DNA of 64,000 nt from Mobula hypostoma (Eukaryota): assembly GCF_963921235.1 (NCBI RefSeq), contig NC_086097.1:222582001-222646000 (forward strand). Reading direction: 5' to 3'. The position numbers and the translations under genes were made by a program. Of this stretch, positions 36,593-48,706 are shown one piece after another (position 1 is the first letter of the stretch; the number at the start of each line of letters is the position of its first letter). The notes under the pieces are model-generated. The model saw nothing but the letters and a program-made list of their open reading frames with translations. It did not search any database and was not told the origin of the DNA.

Positions 36593-37554
36593 ATCAGACA
36601 GGTACATATTTAGAGCGACTTAGGCCAAATCTGGACTAATGGGACTAGCTTAGATGGGAATCTTGGTTGGCAAGGACCAGTTGAGCCAAAGGGCCTTTTT
36701 CCGTGTCGATGGCTATAAGCCTTCCCTTTACATGTCAACCTCAAAGATTCATGGAAAAGTACAGCACAGAAACAGGCTCTTCGGCTCATCCAGTCCATGC
36801 CAAACCATTTAAACTGCTTTCCCCTACTGACCTGCACCAGAGCCATCGTCCTGTCACCCATGTATCCAAACTTCCCTTAAACGTTGAAAATTGAGCTCAC
36901 ACACACCATTAGCTCTAACAGCTCGTTCCACACTCTCATGACTCTCTGACTAAAGAAATTTCACCTCATGTTCCCCTTAAACTTTTCACCTTTCACCCTT
37001 AATTTATGACCCATAGCTGTAGCCCCACCTAACCTCAGTGCTGGTGGACATAAGCCATACCTTTTCACGTCAACCTCCTCCAACAACCCTTCCAGTGCAG
37101 CATCTAATAGCCAGTAGGTTCTCTGTGCTCATATTATGTAGAATATTCAGTAAAATTTGTCTGCTGCCAATACACATTTCTCTTTTCAGAGATGCAGGCT
37201 GTCTTTACATGTTGTGAGCAATGCGTGAAATTAAGCAAACTGACATTCAATAGCAAATGTAATGTTGGCGGTTTGCCTATTGAAATTCATGAGGGTGGCA
37301 AATTTCACACCTTCTTTACAGGTACACATTCCAAGAATTTACAGCCAATTTCTACTTTTACATTCATCAGTAATGACTTTCTTCTACCATCAATCTGCTC
37401 ACTTAATAATCTGTCCAATAAGTTTTTCTATTAAATGCATAATTGCATTTTTAAATAAGATTATAGCTATAATTTAAAATGAATGTTACCATTTTGCCAG
37501 AAAACCAATGTGACCATATTCTGGACAGAGCTTCTATTATTATTACTCCTTCTT

Positions 37555-39300
37555 TAGAACATAGAAGATAAAACTTCCCAGCACAGGACAGGCCCTTCAG
37601 CCATCAGTGTTGTGTTGACCTTTTAACTTACTCTAAAATCAATCTAACCCTTTCCTCCTCCATAGCCCTCCATGTTTCTATCATCAATGTACCAACCTAA
37701 GAGTTTATTAAGTGCCCCTAATGTATCTAGGATGGTGGTGAATACTGGTGGCTCGGGTTAAGGCATTTGATGTTACGGTGTTTGCTGAGCTTGGCAATTA
37801 GTTTACACTGGCCAACTCAGCAAACACCACAACATCAAACAGTATCTGACCCGACCACCACCCCTGGCAGAGTGTTCTGTGCACTAACCACTCTCCGTGT
37901 AATGAACTTGTATCCCCTCCTCCATGCCTTCCTCTAATCACCTTCAAATTATGCCCCCACGTATTAGCCATCTCTGCCCTGGGAAAAATATCTCATGCTA
38001 TCCACTCAATCTTTGCACCTCTATTAATTCACCTCTCATCCTCCTTTGCTCTAGCTCACTTAACATAGAAACATAGAAACATAGAAAATAGGTGCAGGAG
38101 TAGGCCATTCGGCCGTTCGAGCCTGCACCGCCATTTATTATGATCATGGCTGATCATCCAACTCAGAACCCTGCCCCAGCCTTCCCTCCATACCCCCTGA
38201 TCCCTGTAGCCACAAGGGCCATATCTAACTCCCTCTTAAATATAGCCAATGAACTGGCCTCAACTGTTTCCTGTGGCAGAGAATACCACAGACTCACCAC
38301 TCTCTGTGTGAAGAAGTTTTTCCTAATCTCGGTCCTAAAAGGCTTCCCCTTTATCCTCAAACTGTGACCCCTTGTTCCGGACTTCCCCAACATCGGGAAC
38401 AATCTTCCTTCATCTAGCCTGTCCAATCCCTTTAGGATTTTATACGTTTCAATCAGATCCCCCCTCAATCTTCTAAATTCCAACGAGTACAAGCCCAGTT
38501 CATCCAGTCTTTCTTCATATGAAAGTCCTGCCATCCCAGGAATCAATCTAGTGAACCTTCTTTGTACTCCCTCTATGGCAAGGATGTCTTTCCTCAGATT
38601 AGGGGACCAAAACTGCACACAATACTCCAGGTGTGGTCTCACCAAGGCCTTATACAACTGCAGTAGTACCTCCCTGCTCCTGTACTCGAATCCTCTCGCT
38701 ATAAATGCCAGCATACCATTCGCATACCATTAACCTATTCTAATAATCCAGGCAGCATCCTGGTAAATCTCCTTTGCATCTTCTCTAAAACTTCCACACC
38801 CTTCCGATAATGAGGTGACCAGCACTGATCACAATGCTCCAAGTGTGCTCTAACCAGGGTTTTATAAAGCTGCAACATTACTTCGCAGCTCCTAACTCAA
38901 ACCCCTGACTAATGAAAGCCAACACACCATATGCCTTCTTAACAATCCTTGAGTGGCAGTTTAGAGGAATCTATGGGGTTAGACCCCAAGACCACTCTGT
39001 TCCTTCAAATTCACGCTGCTAAGAACCCTGCCATTAGCCTTGTATTCTTCCTTCAAATTCAAACCTCCAAAGTGAATCACTTAACACTTCTCCAGGGTGA
39101 ACGCCTCTGCCACTTCTCAACCCAGCTCTGCGTCCTGTCAATGTCCTACTGTAACATATGACAACTCTCTGCACTCTCCTCAACTTCACCAAACTTTGTG
39201 TCGACTGCAAATTTACCTTTCCACTTCCTTATCCAAATCATTTATAAAAAGAACAAAGAGCAAGGGTCCCAGAACAGATCCCTGTGGAACAGCATTGGTC
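37555..39300 (-). mobile_element. Old CR1 (37555-38064 plus 38731-39300) hosting a young CR1
   Basis: tagaacatagaag tail; sequence resumes after the insert with TTAAC duplicated (38060-38064 / 38730-38734); antisense [10 protein letters not shown] at ~39265-39295. Confidence 0.8.
38065..38730 (-). mobile_element. Young 5'-truncated CR1, same family as 6995-8385
   Basis: ORF 38163-38714 is nearly identical to the C-terminus of ORF 7085-8416; (atagaaac)n tail; gcataccatt duplicated at the 5' junction. Confidence 0.96.
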
Positions 39301-39454
39301 TATTGACATCCAGATGCCAACGTTTCTACTAAAGGATGAGCTGTCTACAGCTAAACTGCAGTACTGATGTTAACAAGAAGTTATCAGAAAAGTTACTAGA
39401 AAGTACTGTTTATTCTCAGCAGGACAAAGTATCTGTGGAGAGATAAACGTTAAT

Positions 39455-39590
39455 ATCACAAACAAGAGAAAATCTGCAGATGCTGGAAATCCAAGCCACA
39501 CACAAAATGGTGGAGGTCCTCAGCAGGCCAGGCAACATCTATAGAAAATAACAGAGTTAACATTTTGGCCGAGACCCTTCATCAGGACTC
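39455..39590 (-). repeat. Penelope terminal-repeat fragment with hammerhead motif
   Basis: Reverse complement gagtcctgatgaagggtctcggccaaaatgttaactc plus the conserved tail. Confidence 0.85.
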
Positions 39591-39889
39591 ACAACCTGAA
39601 AAGTTAATATTTCAGGTTGATCTTTCATATGATGATTGGTCATCTGCCTGCCTTGTCATTTAATTCTATTACCCTCTCCATAAATACTGACTGAGTGGTT
39701 GAGTACTTCAAGCATTTTTTGGTTTTAGTTCTGATTTTCAGCATCTATGGTAATTTACTTTAGTATGGAAGAAAAGATGGTGTATTCTGTTTGAGAATGT
39801 TTCAGAATAATGTTCTGCTTTCTAGATTTAGAATTGAGGTGATGAAGCTTTTTGCGGTAATTTATCCTTTTGTTAAAGAGTTGAAAACG

Positions 39890-41808
39890 AATGAGACGTG
39901 AATTAGCTAAGATAGACTGGCAAATGACACTTAAAGGATTGACGGTGGATATGCAATGGCAAGCATTTAAAGGTTGCATGGATGAACTACAACAATTGTT
40001 CATCCCAGTTTGGCAAAAGAATAAATCAAGGAAGGTAGTGCACCCGTGGCTGACAGGAGAAATTAGGGATAGTATCAATTCCAAAGAAGAAGCATACAAA
40101 TTAGCCAGGAAAAGTGGCTCACCTGAGGACAGGGAGAAATTCAGAGTTCAGCAGAGGAGGACAAAGGGCTTAATTAGGAAGGGGAAAAAAGATTATGAGA
40201 GAAAACTGGCGGGGAACATAAAAACTGACTGTAAAAGCTTTTATAGATATGTAAAAAGGAAAAGACTGGTAAAGACAGATGTAGGTCCCCTACAGACAGA
40301 AACAGGTGAATTGATTATGGGGAGCAAGGACATGGCAGACCAATTGAATAATTACTTTGGTTCTGTCTTCACTAAGGAGGACATAAATAATCTTCCAGAA
40401 ATAGTAGGGGACAGAGGGTCCAGTGAGATGGAGGAACTGAGCGAAATACATGTTAGTAGGGAAGTGGTGTTAGGTAAATTGAAGGGATTGAAGGCAGATA
40501 AATCCCCAGGGCCAGATGGTCTGCATCCCAGAGTGCTTAAGGAAGTAGCCCAAGAAATAGTGGATGCATTAGTGATAATTTTTCAAAACTCGTTAGATTC
40601 TGGACTAGTTCCTGAGGATTGGAGGGTGGCTAATGTAATCCCACTTTTTAAAAAAGGAGGGAGAGAGAAACCGGGGAATTATAGACCGGTTAGCCTAACG
40701 TCGGTGGTGGGGAAACTGCTGGAGTCAGTTATCAAAAATGTGATAACAGCACATTTGGAAAGCGGTGAAATGATCGGACAAAGTCAGCATGGATTTGTGA
40801 AAGGAAAATCATGTCTGACGAATCTCATAGAATTTTTTGAGGATGTAACTAGTAGAGTGGATAGGGGAGAACCAGTGGATGTGGTATATTTGGATTTTCA
40901 AAAGGCTTTTGACAAGGTCCCACACGGGAGATTAGTGTGCAAACTTAAAGCACACGGTATTGGGGATAAGGTATTGATGTGGATGGAGAATTGGTTAGCA
41001 GACAGGAAGCAAAGAGTGGAGTAAACGGGACCTTTTCAGAATGGCAGGCAGTGACTAGTGGGGTACCGCAAGGCTCAGTGCTGGGACACCAGTTGTTTAC
41101 AATATATATTAATGACTTGGATGAGGGAATTAAATGCAGCATCTCCAAGTTTGCGGATGACACGAAGCTGGGTGGCAGTGTTAGCTGTGAGGAGGATGCT
41201 AAGAGGATGCAGAGTGACTTGGATAGGTTGGGTGAGTGGGCAAATTCATGGTAGATGCAATTTAATGTGGATAAATGTGAAGTTATCCACTTTGGTGGCA
41301 AAAATAGGAAAACAGATTATTATCTGAATGGTGGCCGATTAGGAAAAGGAGAGGTGCAACGAGACCTGGGTGTCATTATACACCAGTCATTGAAAGTGGG
41401 CATGCAGGTACAGCAGGAGGTGAAAAAGGCGAATGGTATGCTGGTATTTATAGCGAGAGGATTCGAATACAGGAGCAGGGAGGTACTACTGCAGTTGTAC
41501 AAGGCCTTGGTGAGACCATACCTGGAGTATTGTGTGCAGTTTTGGTCCCCTAATCTGAGGAAAGACATCCTTGCCATAGAGGGAGTACAAAGAAGGTTCA
41601 CTAGTTGAGGCCAGTTCATTGGCTATATTTAAGAGGGAGTTAGATATGGCCCTTGTGGCTACGGGGATCAGGGGGTATGGAGGGACGGCTGGGGCAGGGT
41701 TCTGAGTTGGATGATCAGCCATGATCATAATAAATGGCGGTGCAGGCTCGAAGGGCCGAATGGCCTACTCCTGCACCTATTTTCTATGTTTCTATATGTT
41801 TCTATGTT
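39890..41808 (+). mobile_element. Young CR1, same family, 5'-truncated, with a frameshift, a stop and a ~284-bp internal deletion
   Basis: ORFs 39891-41024, 40979-41254 ([13 protein letters not shown]) and 41255-41608; junction ttcactag|ttgagg at ~41604; ctatgttt tail. Confidence 0.96.
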
Positions 41809-41817
41809 CTTCTAAAG

Positions 41818-41896
41818 CAGAGGTTCCCAACCTGGGGTGCACAGACTCCTTGCTTAATGATATTGGCCCATGGCATGAAAAGGTTGGGAACCCCTG
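41818..41896. mobile_element. 79-bp hAT (Charlie-like) MITE
   Basis: TIR CAGAGGTTCCCAACCT / AGGTTGGGAACCCCTG; 8-bp TSD TTCTAAAG (41810-41817) / ATCTAAAG (41897-41904). Confidence 0.85.
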
Positions 41897-42105
41897 ATCT
41901 AAAGAAATCATTCTGAGGGATTTAAAAATGGTTTCTCTGCAGACTAATATAATCAATAGTTTAATTTGATCAAATAATCTAAATAAGACTTTTATCATAG
42001 GCTAATTGCCATTGTGGATTATGTTTATAAATGGTCTATTGATAATTATTGAAAATTATTAACTTAACCTGTAAGTTGGCCAAAGATACTTCCATCCCGA
42101 TAAGG

Positions 42106-42518
42106 CAGACATCCCACCCTGCAAAAACTGATTTCAGGGAGGTAGCACCATCAATTTGCGGGAGACTTCCTGGAGAGGTGGGATGTCTGCAACAGAGTAG
42201 CTCCTCAGCAGCCAGCCGGCCAGTTTAAATAACGTTAGCTATGCTAATGAATGAATGACACCTGTTAAACTCACCTCAACATGTCTTTTACAGTCTTAAC
42301 CCACCATGGGCAATAGAAAAGTCACTGTTGCAACAGTGCAGCGAGCAACATGTCATTATTTTTGACCCCTATTAGGCAGGGGACACTTTAGTGTGGTCTG
42401 GGGTGACGTACGTTTTATATTTTCTTTTTTTCTGGAACACTCTGCCATGGCGCGCTCTCGCTCTCTCGCTCGCGCTCTCTCTCTCGTGGTCTCTTGCGCT
42501 CTTGCTTTCTCTCTCGCG
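42106..42518 (-). mobile_element. Third, truncated copy of the 6-bp-TSD MITE
   Basis: Reverse complement of the right part of 14213-14812, beginning CAGACATCCCACCCTGCAAAAAC and ending within the GA/GC tract. Confidence 0.9.
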
Positions 42519-43245
42519 GTAGAGGCAGAAGCAACTACAGTGTTTAAAAGCATTTGGACAGGAAAGGAGAAGAGCCTAATGACAAGCAAGTGGGACACCA
42601 TTGTCAAGGTGGACAAACTGGGCTCACGGCCTGTTTCTGTTCTTCTTTACTGCTCTATGACTCTGTGTTGTGAGTAATAGATTTCTCCACTGCTAGCTGG
42701 AAATAATTGATCTTAAGCAGGAAAGAAGTTATATTTTGCTGTCTGAAGTTTATCCTTATAATTTTATTACTTATTATTTCTTTATTAATACAAGTAAAGA
42801 GTGATAGGGAATATTATATAAAACATTACCATAATCATTTAAGAAGGTTGCAATTGGAGATTTGCTGTTTCAGGGCTCCCCAGGTTACAAATGGCCTGAT
42901 TTAAGGAAACCAACTTTACAGAAAGTATTCCATGCATTTTCAGTCATTTTTCAAGATAATCATAATAATTTTAAAATCACTTGAGGAGTTAATTAATGAC
43001 TGGATACAGTATATATTCCATTATCTATTTATGGGCAGTGTTAGGATGAATATTTGATGAAATAGAAGAATTATAGCAAGGGTATATAGAGAAATACAAT
43101 ATGGGTTACTATAGAAAACAAAAATCTCTGCCTTACGGTAAATGGACAGTTATTCCAAATAGAATCCACACTGACTGTATGTGGAAATAAAGTACCTTTC
43201 TGATGATGTTGGTATGGGCCTTCTTTGAGCAGAAATGGTTGAGAT

Positions 43246-44516
43246 ACATGCTCAGTGGCCACTTGTACCTAATAATGTGGCCACAAGACGGGAACCTTTA
43301 CTTTATTGTCGTGAAACAATTGATATTAAAGCGTACAATCATCACAGTGATATTTGATTCTGCACTTCGCACTCCCTAGAGTACAAATAGATAGTAAATA
43401 TAATAAAAATGTAAATTATAAATCATAAATAGAAAATAGAAAAGGGAAAGTAAGGTAGTGCAAAAAAACCGAGAGGGTGTGGCCCAGACCTGGGTCAGGA
43501 TTCGTTCAGCAATCTTATCACAGTTAGAAAGAAGCTGTTCCCAAATCTGGTTCTTATGAGTCTTTGAAGCTCCTGAGCCTTCTCCCAGAGGGAAAAGGGA
43601 CGAAAAGTGTATCGGCTGGGTGGGTCGTGTCCTTGATTATCCTGGCAGCACTGCTCCGACAGCGTGTGGTGTAAAGTGAGTCCAAGGACGGAAGATTGGT
43701 TTGTGTGATGTGCTGCGCCGTGTTCACGATCTTCTGCAGCTTCTTCCAGTCTTGGACAGGACAACTTCCATACCAGGTTGTGATGCACCCTAGAATAATG
43801 CTTTCTATGGTTCATCTATAAAAATTAGTGAGGGTTTTAGGGGACAGGCCAAATTTCTTTAGCTTTCTCAGGAAGTAAAGACGCTGGTGGGCCTTCTTGG
43901 CAATGGACTCTGCTTGGTTGGACCAAGTCAGATCATTTGTGATATTGACCCTGAGGAACTTACAGCTTCTGACCTGTTCCACCTACACACTACCGATGTA
44001 TATTGGGTCGTGCGGTCCACTACTACTTACTGGTGTGGTCTTCTGCTGCTGTAGCCCATTCACTTCAAGGTTTGGTGCAATATGCAGTCAGTAATGCTCT
44101 TCTGCACACCAGGGTTATAATGCATGGTTATTTGAGTCATTGTCACCTTCCTGTCGGTTATTTGAGTCATTGTCACCTTCCTGTCAGCTTGAACTAGTCT
44201 GGCCATTCTCCGCTGACCTCACTCATTAACAAGGTGTTTTTGCCCACAGAAATGCTGCTCACTGGATTTGTTTTTCACTCTATTCTTTGTAAGCTTTAGA
44301 GACTGCTGTGCATGGAAGTCCTAGCAGATCAGCAGTTTCTGAGATACTCAAACCACCCCATCTGGCACAAACAATCATTCCACGTTCAAAGTCACTTAGA
44401 TCACATTTCTTCCCCATTCTGATAATTGGGCTAAACCTCTTGACCATGTCTGCATGCTTTTGTGCATTGAGTTGCTGCATTAATGAACAGGTATACAGCT
44501 GTACCTAATGAGTGTA
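43246..44516 (-). mobile_element. Tc1/mariner deletion derivative, interrupted by a Rex1 LINE
   Basis: ORF 44280-44480 MGKKCDLSDFERGMIVCARWGGLSISETADLLG (Tc1 N-terminal HTH); terminal ctcagtggccactt / gtacctaat motifs at 43251-43284 and 44501-44516; exact 30-bp duplication at 44126-44185. Confidence 0.8.
43290..44025 (-). mobile_element. Rex1/Babar LINE 3' fragment
   Basis: Minus-strand IIESIILGCITTWYGSC..KKLQKIVNTAQHIT and RTRFGNSFFLTVIRLLN; 3' UTR with AATAAA. Confidence 0.85.
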
Positions 44517-47500
44517 TATGTGATGGAGATGTTCATGATCATGAAGATCGTAAAATTAATGAAGAGAGATCATACCTTGGGTAGAAGGATTGAAAATTAG
44601 GGAATATAGATTTATGGTATTTAACAACAAAATCAAAGGTGATATAAACTTCTCATTGCAAGTAATTCTGAAATTAGATTCCTAATATAACTTTTGAATA
44701 TTCAATTATATTTAAAATAGGAAGATTAGTTTCATTAATATTCCATTAAAACAAATAACCTATCTGAGAAAGATGTTTTGAAGCCAGGATATCTGAAAGA
44801 TAAGTAGATTTTTTTGGTCTTTTTTAAATAATTTTTTCTATTGACATGTAGTAAGTACTATGTTCATTGTACTTTTTGGAAATGTGCCGAACTTAAACTA
44901 ATGAGGTTTTCAGCTCTGGTACACATTGTACAGTTAATGGAAAGGAAAAGCTCAAAGAAGCTAATCTAATGAGCTCATTTATATGATATTTTACTGCAAT
45001 AAAATAAAAGAATTACTTCTGAATTAAATCGCACTGTCCATACTGTAGACATCCATCTTTCTTTTTAATTGCCTTCAATGTCAAAATGGCAATGTACACT
45101 TAATATCAAGGATTCTACACTGAAAACTGATAGAAGAAGCCGTTTAACAGCTAACAATTCTAACTGTTTTGGATTATGTAGCAATAGATGAAGATAGAAA
45201 TCAAGCCCTGAGCATTTCTTTGCATTGCTTCATATCAGAGGACCACACCTGTGAATGTATTCGCAAAATTTAAGTCCTAACAGTTGTGCAACTCAGCCTT
45301 TGGTCAATTGACTACACTTCCTTCATTTACACACAAATAATCTTTAAGAACCTTAAACCCAACATTCATATGCTTCACTTCACCTTCACACACCACCGCT
45401 CTAAGCCTGTTACTCACATTTCATAGCTTGCACACAATGCCAGCTATTCAACCATGACAAACATTTCACCCAAACGGTAGTTGCACACACGCACACTCAC
45501 AATTCTGTTTTGATTGCAGGGTAAACTAAGAGCTACCTAATAGAGAACAGGTCTGCATATCATGGATGAAGGAATGCCAACTCTTCAGGATGGTTGTTGC
45601 TGAGTGCATAGCAATTGAGCCACTAAATCTATCAATGAAGATGCTATCTTCAAATCTAATCTTTCCGCCTCCTACCCCACCCTCATTCCATGCTATCTTC
45701 TGTTGTATAAGCTGCAGATGGTGTAGGCATACACCTTATAGGTACTTTACTCCAACCTCAAGAAGACAAAAAAAAAGGATCTAGTGCTTACCCGGAGTAT
45801 CGGATAAATGAACTCTTCTTCGGTTTCTAACCAGGTACAGGAATTGATTTTAACTGACAATGACAAACCCTGCCAGGGATGATGCCTGGGCATGTCTAGT
45901 CCAGTGGTACTTACACTCCCATCATCTGTGCTTCCTGATAGGTTAGTCCTTACCCAATCAGGCTTCCGCTGACCCACCTTGTTTACAATCAAATTCATAG
46001 TGTGGCTTCATGTACTCAAGGCACTCCAACAGTTCCATGACCCATCTGAAGAGCATACATCCAAACATTCAACTTATGATGGAGATGGAGAAGAATGGTT
46101 GCCCCCCATTCCAGGACATTCCAATACGATGGGCATGGGACGGTGGCCTCAGGCATACCTAAGGCAAAGGAGGCTACATCAAGATGAGAACCAAAAACAA
46201 AGTAAGTGGATTTTTACCTCAGCTGGAAGGTCTATTTAGGTTTCTAGATGTTGGTGAGGAAGGAAGTGTAAGGAGTCCACTCAACACCACCTCCCCCCAC
46301 CCATCCTGCCCAGTCCATTGACACTTCCCCTTCAACCATGGGAGGTGCAACACTAGTCTCAATCCCTACTAAAACCTTAACTGGTTCATTTGAATTATAC
46401 TTACATTCAACACCAATGTACTATAATATATAATCATTTAAAAGAAAAACTGCAAATAAAATGATTTTACATCCTCAACACTAACTTATCCCAAACTGCA
46501 ACCATTTTACTGCCACAGGGCTAGCTTGCATAATACTGCAGCAATCTGTAACCTCCTTTTTCTGATGCTTTATTTTGTCACTGCAGAAAGCAATTAAAGA
46601 CATTTGTTACAAAAACAAAGCAGGGTATTCAAGCATCATTCACAGAAAAGAAAGGAAAATTTGGCTGCTATTATAAATCTTGTAGCAATTAATTATGAAG
46701 TAACACTTGTGAAGTTATAGAAATGGTTAATTTAATAAATTATTCATTGTGCCAAAAATGAAGTTTTGTACCAATGGACCTTAAAGAAAGTGGCATAGTA
46801 CAAAAAAAGTTGAATAATATCCACTGACTTCAATAAAAGAATTGCTGTGATTGTTGTGCAATATTGTCCTTTTCCTCATTCAAGAGTTGAAATCTGAATA
46901 TCTTTGGAAGTTTAGTTCTATGATAATTAGGCTTAATTTTACTGCACTGAATTTCATTTCAAATATATTTGTCTAGAAAGCTGAGTACATGCATGTGCTG
47001 GATGAGTGTTGTACCGTAAGTCAAGGTCTATTTTTCCCTTAAGCCCATGTCTGCAGATTCCAATAAATGTCCAAGACTCAAGTCCTCAGGCACTCCTGAG
47101 TGGTTGTTGGGAAATTTCATGAAGTAAAACATGTTAACCAACGTAGAGAGAGGTACTTGAAGGGTATTGGGTGACATGAGAGGGGCCTGATGGATATAAG
47201 TCCGATTGAGGCCTGAAGGTGGTCCAGCAAACAAGTAAGCAACCAGAGGGCTTGGATTAATCACTGGCTTGGTGACTGGAAGATAAGAAGTGTGGGTGGA
47301 AGAAGGGTGGAGAGAAATGCATCAGGTTTAAAGTGATCAAGGAATTTGAAGGTAAGATGAAGGGAGGATTTGGGCCCTGGATAAACTAGAAGGTCGAGTA
47401 TTGCCTGTATCTCTCAGGAAGTCACAGGGGAAGATCAAGAAGTCAGAGCTCATTAACACAGGTGGGAACTTGAATGATAAAAGGCAAGCATAGGGCTTAC

Positions 47501-48341
47501 CTATCAAAGTCCAAGTCCAGAGCTGAACTACAAGTAGTTAATTGTGACACGGTGCCCAGTGATGGGGGTTGTTCCCAGAACAATGTCATTGAAATTTACC
47601 TGCAAAACTCCAAGAGAGCTGAAGACTGGTGGTGGTGGAGCTAGAAATCCCATGTGAGCATTGTGAAAGCTCATCAGCTTGACATGCACTACAGAACACT
47701 CAATTGCTACATAACCCCAAGTGACCAGGAAGTGGTCCTTATTGTGTTTCTTTCCCTAGTTAGTATATTTATATTCATTAATATTGAAATAAATAGATCA
47801 ATGCAAACTCTTTTCCAGATTATGACACTGTCCAAACAATGCCTGAAACAGAAATACTCTCGTGCAACTTTCATCTTCACGAAAAAACTGAGGACAATGT
47901 TTCTGATATGAGGAGTCCATGATCCTGAAGCCAGCCATCACTTTGCCATTATGTTTTTGATAATATTTAACAATACCCCATCCCTAAAGAAATGAGAAGA
48001 TTGCTTAAATTTGGATATCTGTACTCCACCTTATTCCACATATATAAAGTGTCACTGATAATATGACTGATAACTACATAAACAATTCCTTAAGATCAAT
48101 CAAATAATGGTTTTCAAAGTAACTAATTTGCAATAAGTTGTTCCAGGAATTGAATTGTACCTGATCAAATAAAAATATGCCAAAAATAGAAAATTACTTA
48201 TTCTCTGGGAAATAAAATTGAGAGCATTATCTAATCACCAATGCACCAGAGAGGAAATAGAAAGTAGGAATTACTTTATCTCAGTGTGTCAAGCAGTAAC
48301 TAGTGAGATACCACAGAGAATAATGTTTGGCCTATTCAGAA

Positions 48342-48706
48342 CATCATCATCATCATTATATGCTGTGTCTATCCATGACCATAATTGTTCTTGGCAATCT
48401 GTTCTACAGAAGTAGTTTGGCCTTGCCGTCTTCTGGGCAGTGCTTTACAAAATGAATGACCCCAGTCTTTATCAATACTCTTCATAGATTGTCTGCCTGG
48501 TGTCAGTGGTCACATAGCCAGGACTCATGATATGCACCAGCCGCTCATATGAGCATCCACCACTTGTTTCATGGCTTCATGTGACCCTGATCAGACAGCA
48601 AAGTAGGTGCTACACCTCGCCCAAGGGTGACCTGCAGGCTAGTGGAGGGATGGAGCACCTTACACCCCCCCCCCTTGGTAGAGACATATCCCCACCTCGC
48701 CACACC
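48342..48706 (-). mobile_element. RTE-type non-autonomous element, apparently complete (~365 bp)
   Basis: (cat)n tail on +; homologous to 26203-26461 and 28809-28963; flanks attcagaa (48334-48341) / attaagaa (48707-48714). Confidence 0.75.

Noticed and set aside
41595..41615. Spliced CR1 transcript as cause of the deletion
   Set aside because: The removed segment does not begin with GT in any register.
45566..46239. Cluster of short ORFs in unique sequence as a host gene
   Set aside because: No recognisable domain and no consistent splice-site pairing.
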